Source: a virus. From it: a stretch of DNA of 64,000 nt. The notes beneath the pieces are model-generated. The model was not told where the DNA came from and made no database searches. It worked only from the letters and a program-made list of their open reading frames with translations. The stretch is taken from the IMG/VR virus record IMGVR_UViG_3300043787_000046, positions 4,833-68,832 of that record. One strand, given 5' to 3'. Positions 38,915 through 46,929 of this stretch are shown here, in pieces (position 1 is the stretch's first letter; each line of letters starts with the position of its first letter). The position numbers were made by a program, and so were the translations under genes.

Positions 38915-39358
38915 TTAGCTGCCCCCGAGCACCTTCCAGATCTTCCGGGTCTCCGACGCCCTGGCGGCGGCTGCGCACGACCGCAGGGCACGCTCCTGCC
39001 GCTGCGCGAACTCCGGTGTGGCTTCGATCGCCGCGGCCCTCTGGACGCGCCACAGCCTCATCGGGGCGGCGCTGGAGACGTGCGGGTTCTTCACGTGCAG
39101 ATCCGGGGCGCCGAGCAGGTCCCGGATCATCGCCTCTGTCCAGCCGCGTTTCTTCAGCCCGGCCGCGCCGGTGCACTCGGTCGCCGCCTTGATCTCGGGC
39201 CACCGTTCACGGATGTCTTCTGCTGCCTCAGCCGACCAGCGTCCGCGCGGCCGGTCGGGTGCCGGGAGCAGCCCGAAGTCCCGCGCCCGGTCGACCTGGC
39301 TGTGCCAGGTGCCGAGATGGTCCGCTAGCTGGTGCGGCCCGTAATCACGCGACGGCAT
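38915..39358 (-). CDS. Hypothetical protein (possible DNA-binding)
   Basis: LKKRGWTEAMIRDLLGAPD..NPH..AAPMRLW motif. Confidence 0.55.
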   Translation of the reverse strand: MPSRDYGPHQLADHLGTWHSQVDRARDFGLLPAPDRPRGRWSAEAAEDIRERWPEIKAATECTGAAGLKKRGWTEAMIRDLLGAPDLHVKNPHVSSAAPMRLWRVQRAAAIEATPEFAQRQERALRSCAAAARASETRKIWKVLGGS

Positions 39359-39410
39359 AGAAGCCACGATAACGCCCCTCACTGACATTCCACCGACGAA
39401 AGGAACCCCC

Positions 39411-39695
39411 ATGACCGACACTGCCGGATCAGCCGCAGAGACACCGGGGCCGCTAGCGCACATCCGCTCCTGGTTCGAACGGGACATCGCCCCGGAACTG
39501 GCCGCCCTCCGCGCCGACGTGGCCAAGCTCCGCGAGGCCGCCCCGTCCCTGGCGACCGTCGCGACCACCCTCGAAACGGTCGTGAAGACGATCGACCCGG
39601 CCGCGTCCCCGGAAGTGGCAGCGGCAAGCGCCGCGCTCGGCGACGCCGTGAAGGTGATCACGCGGATCGCCGGGGAGCTTGCCCCTGGCATGTAG
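39411..39695 (+). CDS. Hypothetical helical protein
   Basis: RBS AAAGGAA; followed by terminator. Confidence 0.55.
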   Translation: MTDTAGSAAETPGPLAHIRSWFERDIAPELAALRADVAKLREAAPSLATVATTLETVVKTIDPAASPEVAAASAALGDAVKVITRIAGELAPGM

Positions 39696-39727
39696 GCACC
39701 GGACGCGGCCAGCAGCCCTCACGCATG

Positions 39728-39774
39728 CCGCCCCCCGCCGCCGGTCCTCGCGGACTGGCGGCGGGGGCGGTTTT
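39728..39774 (+). terminator. Intrinsic terminator
   Basis: Long GC hairpin ccgccccccgccgccgg...ctggcggcgggggcgg then TTTT. Confidence 0.65.
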
Positions 39775-39818
39775 CTGCGTTCCGGGATAAGGGCGATGCG
39801 GGACTACGATCTGTACCC

Positions 39819-40553
39819 ATGACGAGACTCAGCCAGATCATCGCCGTCGAGAAGGGCGTCAAGTCCGACGCCTCCCGGCGCATCACCGACCTGCACCGGG
39901 ACGTGCAGAAACCCCAGCTACTGTCCGGCATCTCGCGCACCTACCAGCCGCGCGCCGACGACGGCGACCAGCTCCCCGCAGAATCCACGAGGGTCCAGGC
40001 CACCGCGCCGGACGTGCTGGCGGAAGCCGCGGCGGCGATGACGCGGCTGTTCGACATCACGTTGACGAAGGACCACGCCAACACGGCGGCCCGCGCCGAC
40101 GTCACCGTCGAAGGGGAGACGATCCTGCGCGACGTGCCGGTCACCTACCTGCTGTTCCTGGAGAAGCAGCTCACCGACCTGCACACCTTCGTCGCCAAGC
40201 TCCCCGTGCTCGACCCCTCGGAAGAGTGGGCGTTCGACTCGGCGCGGGGCTGCTACGCGACGCCTCCCGTCAAGACGGTGCGCGGCAAGAAGATCCCCCG
40301 CAACCACACTCTCGCCGAGGCGACCAAGGAACACCCGGCGCAGGTGCAGGTGTACATGGAGGACGTGCCCGAGGGTGACTGGACGACAGTTAAGTTCTCC
40401 GGCGCCCTCCCCGCGTCGCGGGTCCGGACGCTGCTGGGCCGCGTCACGGCGCTCCAGCATGCGGTGAAGTTCGCCCGCGAGGAGGCCAACGGCGTCGAGG
40501 TCGCCGATCAGAAGGCCGGCGAGGCTGTCTTCTCCTGGCTGTTCGCCGCGTAG
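39819..40553 (+). CDS. Uncharacterised protein upstream of tRNA-mimic RNA
   Basis: 244-aa ORF MTRLSQIIAVEKGVKS...YLLFLEKQL...KFAREEAN with strong coding bias; function not recognised. Confidence 0.8.
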   Translation: MTRLSQIIAVEKGVKSDASRRITDLHRDVQKPQLLSGISRTYQPRADDGDQLPAESTRVQATAPDVLAEAAAAMTRLFDITLTKDHANTAARADVTVEGETILRDVPVTYLLFLEKQLTDLHTFVAKLPVLDPSEEWAFDSARGCYATPPVKTVRGKKIPRNHTLAEATKEHPAQVQVYMEDVPEGDWTTVKFSGALPASRVRTLLGRVTALQHAVKFAREEANGVEVADQKAGEAVFSWLFAA

Positions 40554-40559
40554 ACTTCT

Positions 40560-40886
40560 CCGCGAGCGCAAGCTGAAACTGAAGATCACACCTGAATCAG
40601 GTACGCCCGGACCAAGCGGAGGTTCGACTCCTCCCCGGCCAACTCGATGGCCGGTAGCCCACCCGGTAGAGGCATCCGGCAACCGCCAGGCTCAGATTCT
40701 CGCTCCAGGCTCAGCATTGCCGCTTAACGCCAGATCGACCGACCGCAGGCAACGCTTCCGGAGGTTGAGGGTTCGAGCCCTTCCGGCGCCTCCACGTGGC
40801 GCTGTAGCTCAATAGGCAGAGCACCGGGCCTGAGAGATGACCTGCGGTCTTAAACGCCGCTGGCGTGCGCAGATGGGCGGATACAA
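40560..40886 (+). ncRNA. Structured ncRNA with two circularly permuted tRNA-like modules
   Basis: Modules 40607-40679 and 40758-40827: T-arm, loop-closed acceptor stem, D-arm; enclosing long-range stems. Confidence 0.75.
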
Positions 40887-40918
40887 GAGCCCCCGGCATC
40901 GGGTAATGCCGGGGGCTC
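40887..40918. terminator. Hairpin closing the ncRNA (possibly bidirectional)
   Basis: gagcccccggcat-cgggta-atgccgggggctc 13-bp stem. Confidence 0.65.
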
Positions 40919-41026
40919 ACTCCATTCCTCGTGGCCCCGTACGGCACGAGGGGGGGTGTGCCGTACGGGGCCGGCACCGGGGCGCTCATCAGACGCGCCG
41001 GGCCGCGTGCAGGTTGCCTTACCGGA

Positions 41027-41595
41027 TCAGCCCGGATCAGGCCGTGCCGGAATCCCGACGCCGAGCAGCGCGGTCACGATCGCATCGAGCGCAGACGGGA
41101 CAGTACCGGAGACGCCGGGTTTCCCCGGCCCCGGGTACGTGACCGATGTCCGCACGTCGTCCTGGCCGCGCACCTGCGCCGCGCTGTAGGTGATCCCGGC
41201 GCGGTCCACTGCGAGCATGGTCCGCGCTTCGATCCGGTCGGGGCGCATGTGCAGCCGGTGCGCCCTGGCGTCCGCCCTGATGCCGTCGGTCTCCGGCGTT
41301 CCCGGCGCACCCTCGGCAACCATCCATGACTCGCAGCGGAACGCCGCGCCGTGCAGCCCTTCCGGCGCATGCGCCTGGAGCAGCGGGCCGAAGTCGCCGA
41401 GACTGGCGGCCATGTACGCCAGGACCAGAGGGGGCCGGTCCTGCGCCCAGAACGCGGGAGGTACCGGGATTTCCCGGATCCGGGGCTCCCCCCCCGCAGG
41501 TACAGGAAGTACAGCCCGGGGGCCTCGTCCCACCCGGTGCGGCTCTTGATCTCCGCAGCGAGCGCGCCGGCGATGATGTCCGGGATGCGTGCCAT
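41027..41595 (-). pseudogene. Hypothetical gene frameshifted at a G8 tract
   Basis: MARIPD...YLRGG continues as EPRIREIPVPP... in another frame at C8 (41488-41495). Confidence 0.6.
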
Positions 41596-41647
41596 GGGTC
41601 CCTTCCTCCTTTCGTTGCTGTCTTCCGGACGCCCCCGCGCGGGGGGC

Positions 41648-41941
41648 TCACCGTGTTCCCGGACGCGGCCTGACCATCAGCGTCAGCCCCTCGAAGTCCG
41701 CCGCCGTCCACCGTCCCGCCCCGGCCGTCAGGATCTCGCAGCCTTGCTCCCTGCCCCGGTCAGTGACCACCATGACCGCCGACCCTCCTTGCAGGACGCC
41801 GAACCGGACCCGGCGCCACAGGTGCTCCCGGACACGCCGCGATACTTTCCCGGTGAACACGCCCGGGGCGATCTCCAGGAGCCACCGGGACAGGTCGCCG
41901 CGCAGCCCCGGCGGCACCGAAGTGAGGACAAGGACGATCAC
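41648..41941 (-). CDS. cas2: Type I-E CRISPR-associated Cas2
   Basis: MIVLVLTSVPPGLRGDLSRWLLEIAPGVFTGKVSRRVREHLW, EQG, DFEGLTL. Confidence 0.95.
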   Translation of the reverse strand: MIVLVLTSVPPGLRGDLSRWLLEIAPGVFTGKVSRRVREHLWRRVRFGVLQGGSAVMVVTDRGREQGCEILTAGAGRWTAADFEGLTLMVRPRPGTR

Positions 41942-42942
41942 GGCCCGTCCTCCCCGTAGCTGACGCCGCCCGGCACAGTGCCGTGGTCGTCGATCAGGTC
42001 CGGCACCGCGATCCCCGCGACTGTCTCGCCGTCATCTCCGGGGGCGCCGAGCAGTCCCCGGATGTCATCGGCGATGCGGGGCAGCAGCCGCGCTGAGACG
42101 ATCGCGTCCCGCACCGCGCGCCTGGTCTTAGCCCCGAGATCCCGGCCGCCTTCCGCGGCGATCCCGAACGCCGCCGGGATCGTGACCTCCGCCTTGTACA
42201 GGTCCGCGATGTCGTACACGAAGGACAGCTGGTGCCCGGTGTGGACGAATCCGAGCCCTGGACTGCACCCGAGGTGCAGGATCGCGGCGTGGGTGATGCC
42301 GTAGAGGGCGGAGTTCGCGGCCGACAGGCACCTGTTCACCGGGTCACCCGCGCTCCAGTCCTTCGGGTCGTATCTCCGGCCGCGCCATGCGGTGCCGGTT
42401 TTCTCTGCGTGCAGCCGGTAGCAGGCGCGGACCCGGGCGCCTTCCCGGCCGCGCAGTTGCTGCATGCTCAGCCGGGAGACATCCTCGCCGGGGAACCGCA
42501 TCGCGTACATCTGCCGGGCGACGGCGATGCGGGTTTTCTGCCCGGTGACGAGCGCGGCCTGCCGTTGCAGCAGCACCGACGATGCCGCTGCTGCCGTGGT
42601 GCCGGCGTAGAGGCGGACGCCTTCCTCGCCCACCCACGCGACGGTGCACCCGCTGCCGGCCAGGAGCGAGATGGCGGCGTGGGTGATCGTCACGCCGGGG
42701 CCGAGGAGAAGCGCCGCGAGCACAGCAGCGGGGATGCTCGCGACCCCTTCGGCTTGCCAGATGGTGACTGCGTTCAGGTCGCGGTCGATCCTTGCATGCT
42801 CAACGTGCAGGAAGCTGAGCCGGTCGCTGATGCGGCTGAGTTCCGTCGCTTTGGCCGGTAATGCGCCTTTCATTTGTCGCGCTCCCCTCTGCCAGTCAAG
42901 GAACCCGCCGCCCCCTGGACCCTCCTGCAACTCGGCCGTCAT
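41938..42942 (-). CDS. cas1: Type I-E CRISPR-associated Cas1
   Basis: LLLGPGVTITHAA, WVGEEGVRLYA, LRGREGARVR, LGFVHTG, SFVYDIADLYK. Confidence 0.97.
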   Translation of the reverse strand: MTAELQEGPGGGGFLDWQRGARQMKGALPAKATELSRISDRLSFLHVEHARIDRDLNAVTIWQAEGVASIPAAVLAALLLGPGVTITHAAISLLAGSGCTVAWVGEEGVRLYAGTTAAAASSVLLQRQAALVTGQKTRIAVARQMYAMRFPGEDVSRLSMQQLRGREGARVRACYRLHAEKTGTAWRGRRYDPKDWSAGDPVNRCLSAANSALYGITHAAILHLGCSPGLGFVHTGHQLSFVYDIADLYKAEVTIPAAFGIAAEGGRDLGAKTRRAVRDAIVSARLLPRIADDIRGLLGAPGDDGETVAGIAVPDLIDDHGTVPGGVSYGEDGP

Positions 42943-43027
42943 CCCGCGCGCCAGATTCCGGGTCGGCCAGACCCGGATCTGCGGGCCGCGCCTGCTAATG
43001 CCGGACAGGCGCCCCTTGCTGACCAGA

Positions 43028-43782
43028 CCGTCGCCCCTGCGGGCCGCACGCGTGGCTCCTTGCCTCGATTACCCACCTTGTACCGCCGTCCCCGCGCCCG
43101 CAGGCCGGCACGACGAAGGCACTAACACCCAGCAAAATATCAAACCGTCGCCCCAGCGCCCGTGGGCCGCACATCGCGCTGCTGGCCGTGCCCGGCAGCG
43201 TCATCCCGTCGCCCCAGCGCCTGTGGGCCGCACTCCGGCGTGCGTTTCACCCCGGTGCCCGGTGGCCCGTCGCCCCAGCGCCCGTGGGCCGCACCTGGCG
43301 TCACGGACGATGTAGCGGGCCGACCTCCCGTCGCCCCAGCGCCCGTGGGCCGCACACAGCACGCTGTTGCCAGTCCCGAGTTCTCAGACCGTCGCCCCAG
43401 CGCCCGTGGGCCGCACACGAAGCCTCGATCGCGAACGCGGCACGCCGGTCCGTCGCCCCAGCGCCCGTGGGCCGCACACCAACCGCTCATGGTGGGGGCT
43501 GCGCCTTGGCCCGTCGCCCCAGCGCCCGTGGGCCGCACCTTCGGCCTCCATCACCATCTGAGTCAGGTTCACCGTCGCCCCAGCGCCCGTGGGCCGCACC
43601 TCCCGTCCCTAGCCAACCGACGGGCCGACATACCGTCGCCCCAGCGCCCGTGGGCCGCACCACATTCTGAGCAAAGAGTAGCAATGTTCATTCCCGTCGC
43701 CCCAGCGCCCGTGGGCCGCACGCCATCTCGATGGCGCAGGATATGAGCGGTGTCCCGTCGCCCCAGCGCCCGTGGGCCGCAC
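43028..43782 (-). CRISPR. CRISPR array: 13 repeats (11 intact or near-intact, 2 degenerate), 12 spacers of 33 bp
   Basis: Repeat GTGCGGCCCACGGGCGCTGGGGCGACGG (28 bp, minus strand), 61-bp period from 43145 to 43755; degenerate copies at 43028 and 43083 mark the trailer end. Confidence 0.97.
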
Positions 43783-43844
43783 CCTGTCCTCATCAGGTGT
43801 TCTCTCGCCGGCTGTTACGTCAGCCGGGACGCATCATTCGCGGA

Positions 43845-44081
43845 TCACCAGGCCAGCGTCCAGTAGCCGCAGAACATGGCACCGAGGAGGACGCCGGGCC
43901 AGTTGCCGCCGGCCACGGAGGCCAGGGTCAGGACGGCGCCCGCCAGGTAGGCCAGCACGGCGAAGGCCCCCGCCAGCACGGGGTCATGACCGTTGAGTGC
44001 CGCATGGATGATGCAGCAGCCCAGGGCGGCGACGGCCATCATGAGCGGGACCTCCGCTGTCGCCACCAGTCCAGCGGCCAT
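43845..44081 (-). CDS. Small membrane protein
   Basis: Hydrophobic ORF; start uncertain. Confidence 0.45.
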   Translation of the reverse strand: MAAGLVATAEVPLMMAVAALGCCIIHAALNGHDPVLAGAFAVLAYLAGAVLTLASVAGGNWPGVLLGAMFCGYWTLAW

Positions 44082-44293
44082 ATCACCGACAGCACGGCGT
44101 TCTCGGCAGCGGCAACCCAGTCCCCCGACAGCAGGCAGGCGGGGACCAGGATCCAGCTCGTCACGGCCAGGATGCCCGAGGACCAGTACTCAAGGTCGCT
44201 GAGGCCGCGCACCCACGCGACGATATTCACCGCCAGCGCACCCAGGCCGCCGGCAATGCAAAAGGCGGCGCCGCCGACGAGCAGCCCGTTCAC
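44039..44293 (-). CDS. Small membrane protein
   Basis: Three hydrophobic segments. Confidence 0.5.
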   Translation of the reverse strand: MNGLLVGGAAFCIAGGLGALAVNIVAWVRGLSDLEYWSSGILAVTSWILVPACLLSGDWVAAAENAVLSVIWPLDWWRQRRSRS

Positions 44294-44565
44294 TGCCCGC
44301 TCCCGGTGATATCAGGGGCGTAGTACTCGGTCAGCGGGACCGGACCCGTATAGCGGACGCAAGCGCACTCGCCATCCCCAACCGCTACCTGACACTCGCC
44401 CGTCTTCGGGTCGTGCATCGAGTAATGGTGGGTGCAGCCGCATACAGGCCGGGGCTGCTCCAGCGCGGGAAGCTGCCGGGTCCGTTGCCCCAGGACCCAG
44501 CCGACGATGACGCCGAGCGCGACCTGTATTCCGCTCACGAGGATGATCGCCAGCACGCTGACCAT
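44290..44565 (-). CDS. Small membrane-anchored Cys/His protein
   Basis: TM segment plus CGCTHHYSMH...CACVRY. Confidence 0.55.
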   Translation of the reverse strand: MVSVLAIILVSGIQVALGVIVGWVLGQRTRQLPALEQPRPVCGCTHHYSMHDPKTGECQVAVGDGECACVRYTGPVPLTEYYAPDITGSGQ

Positions 44566-44654
44566 CGCTTCCCCCCTCTCTGCACATCTCCGTGCGCTTG
44601 CAATAGGGCGGCTGCGGGCACCGGGAAGGCGGTACCCGCAGCCGCGTTCAGGGG

Positions 44655-45527
44655 TTAATACGGGGCTTCCCAGTCGGAGTCGAACGCCTGGCCGCCTTCG
44701 AGGCCGGTCGGGACGTCCATGATGTGGTCGTACTCCATGACCACATCGTCGGCGGTCCAGTCCGCCGACGACGCGAGCGTCCCGGAGATCCCGGAGCCTG
44801 CGACGGTCGCGGCGGTGAAGCCGGTCTGGCCGAAGTCGGCGAGGTTGTAGCCGCCGCCGGGACCGCCGCCGGGGGCCTCGTCGACCACCTCAGCCGACGA
44901 GTCATGGCACACCGACCCGGACGGGCAGCCCTCGTACACCGAGATCTCGCCATCGATCGTCACGTCCTTCAGCACCAGGTGATACAGCCTGGTGGACGTG
45001 CTGTAGGTCACCGACACGTCGATGGCGTCGCCGGGGCGCACCCCGGAGTAGGCGACCGGGTTCAGCGGGTACATCTCGTACCAGGCGTAGAGGCCGGTGC
45101 CGCCGCCTGCGTAGCAGTAGTCCGCGGTGCCTGTCTGCTCGACGGTCCCGTCACTGAACCCGTCGAGGCCTACCCAGTCGGAGTTGTATGCGTAGCCGGA
45201 CGTGCCCGGCGTGCACTTCCCGCTGTCGAGCGACGGGATGGTGTAGTTCACGCTGGCCGACGTGATCGTCTTGCCTGAGCGGGCGGCGGCCACCCAGCCT
45301 GACCAGTTCGAGCTGTAGTAGGTGCTGGACCGCTGGGGCTTCACTGCGGGCAGGTGGGTGCGGGGCAGTTCCGCTGCCGGGGCGGCCCTCAGCGGGCCGC
45401 TGACCGTCACCCGGGGGCTGGCTGACGGCACCGCTGCCGGGCTTGCTGATGCCGCTGCGGGCGCGAGCGCCAGTCCGGCCGTGAGGGCGACGGCTGATGC
45501 TGCCGCCAGGATCCTTGCTGTTCTCAA
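44655..45527 (-). CDS. Secreted G1 (peptidase A4) glutamic endopeptidase
   Basis: Signal peptide; SSNWSGW, WVGLDG, VEQTGT, AWYEMYP, SAEVVDEAP. Confidence 0.85.
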   Translation of the reverse strand: MRTARILAAASAVALTAGLALAPAAASASPAAVPSASPRVTVSGPLRAAPAAELPRTHLPAVKPQRSSTYYSSNWSGWVAAARSGKTITSASVNYTIPSLDSGKCTPGTSGYAYNSDWVGLDGFSDGTVEQTGTADYCYAGGGTGLYAWYEMYPLNPVAYSGVRPGDAIDVSVTYSTSTRLYHLVLKDVTIDGEISVYEGCPSGSVCHDSSAEVVDEAPGGGPGGGYNLADFGQTGFTAATVAGSGISGTLASSADWTADDVVMEYDHIMDVPTGLEGGQAFDSDWEAPY

Positions 45528-45556
45528 GGGGCTAGTTCCTTTGTGTCGTGGTCGTG

Positions 45557-46018
45557 CTAGGTCGCCCGGCCGGGGGTCCCGGCCGGGTCGTCTTGTGTGT
45601 GCCATCCGAGGAACCGGGCCTGCTCGTCATGCATCCCGTCCGGCGCGGCCGTGAACCATCCCGCGTCCAGCGCCCCGGCCACCGGCACCGGATCCCCGTC
45701 CCAGTCCGCCTCGAACGCCGCCCCCACCGGGGTATCGGTGCCCTCCAGGTAGTGGGACGGGTACTCGATGAACCCTGCGTGGCGGGAGGCTGTGACGGTC
45801 ACGCCGAGTTTGTCCCGCGCGACGCGTTCCACGGCCTGGTGCAGCGGTTCGGCGAAGCGGACGGTGCCGCCGGGGATGTGCCAGCGGCCGGCGCACGGCC
45901 CTGAATCGCGGCGGGTGAGGAACACGCCGCGGTGGTCGCGGAGGATGACCTCCACGGTCAGGCGCGGGACGCGGGCGTAGATCGCGTCGAATTCCTCCGT
46001 GGTGAGGGGATGGGTCAC
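45557..46018 (-). CDS. NUDIX hydrolase (GDP-mannose hydrolase-like)
   Basis: VPRLTVEVIL...WHIPGGTVRFAEPLHQAVERVARDKLG (atypical NUDIX box). Confidence 0.7.
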   Translation of the reverse strand: MTHPLTTEEFDAIYARVPRLTVEVILRDHRGVFLTRRDSGPCAGRWHIPGGTVRFAEPLHQAVERVARDKLGVTVTASRHAGFIEYPSHYLEGTDTPVGAAFEADWDGDPVPVAGALDAGWFTAAPDGMHDEQARFLGWHTQDDPAGTPGRAT

Positions 46019-46929
46019 CGTGCCGCCTTGACCGCAGCCCGGTACGCGGCGAGCGCAGGCGGGTCATTTTCCAGCCGCCAGTCCTGGTGATAGACGCCCT
46101 TGTCCTGCTTCTCGTCGAACCACACCAGGCCGAGCAGCTTGTCTGCCTTCACCCCGGCGAACAGGCCTGTGATCTGCGCGTCACGGTCAGCCGTCGTCCC
46201 CACCGCGGTCTCCGCGATCAGGACCGGGGCGGTGGTGAACTTCCGTACCTGCGCGACGGTCGCGCCGAACACCGACGCGAAGGTGTCGGTGGAGTAGTAG
46301 TAATAGCCGTCGATCCCGACCCAGCCGACGTAGGCGGATCCTGGCCACCACTGGCGCAGGGAATCCGTGGCCACGTTGGTTGAGTTGACAGTCCACATCC
46401 ACGTCACGTTTGATGCGCCGACGGCGCGGAAGACGCCCACGACGTGCCGCCATGCCGCGATGTATACGGCGGGAGCGGTGTGACCGGCACCCCAGGGGTA
46501 CCAGCCTCCGTTCATCTCGTGATCGAAGCTGAGGACCACCGGATGCCCGTACGCCTTCACCGAGAGGGCGTAGGCCCGCAGGAAGGCGTCGAAGCGTCCC
46601 GCCGTGATCCCCGCCAGCGGCTCGCGGCCGGACTGGATCTGGACGAACGGGACCGCGCCGTGAGCGTGCGCCTGCGCGGCGAACCCCGCGGCGAACCGCT
46701 CGAACCACGCCGAGTAGTAGAGGGCCAGCTCCGGCGCGGCGCCAGTCGCCGCAGCGAACCGGGTGATCCCGGCATAGGAGGCGGGGGCGCCGGGCTCGTA
46801 CACGCCGTTGAGGGAATCCGGGATCGCGGGGATCGTCACCGGGCGAGGGGCCGGCGGGACAGGTGCCGTCGCCGCGCAGCCTGTGAGGGCGGCGGACAGG
46901 GCGATGCCTGCGAGGGCGGCGAGTTTCAC
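46015..46929 (-). CDS. GH26 glycoside hydrolase lipoprotein
   Basis: Lipobox LTGC; HEMNGGWYPW, WWPGSAYVGWVGIDGY, VLIAET. Confidence 0.85.
   Translation of the reverse strand: MKLAALAGIALSAALTGCAATAPVPPAPRPVTIPAIPDSLNGVYEPGAPASYAGITRFAAATGAAPELALYYSAWFERFAAGFAAQAHAHGAVPFVQIQSGREPLAGITAGRFDAFLRAYALSVKAYGHPVVLSFDHEMNGGWYPWGAGHTAPAVYIAAWRHVVGVFRAVGASNVTWMWTVNSTNVATDSLRQWWPGSAYVGWVGIDGYYYYSTDTFASVFGATVAQVRKFTTAPVLIAETAVGTTADRDAQITGLFAGVKADKLLGLVWFDEKQDKGVYHQDWRLENDPPALAAYRAAVKAAR

Noticed and set aside
42979-42991. Possible 14th decayed repeat (ctgcgggccgcgc)
   Set aside because: Spacing to the next repeat is 36 nt rather than 33, similarity is short, and it overlaps a separate hairpin
42995-43793. 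ORFs overlapping the CRISPR array
   Set aside because: Repetitive translations of repeats and spacers
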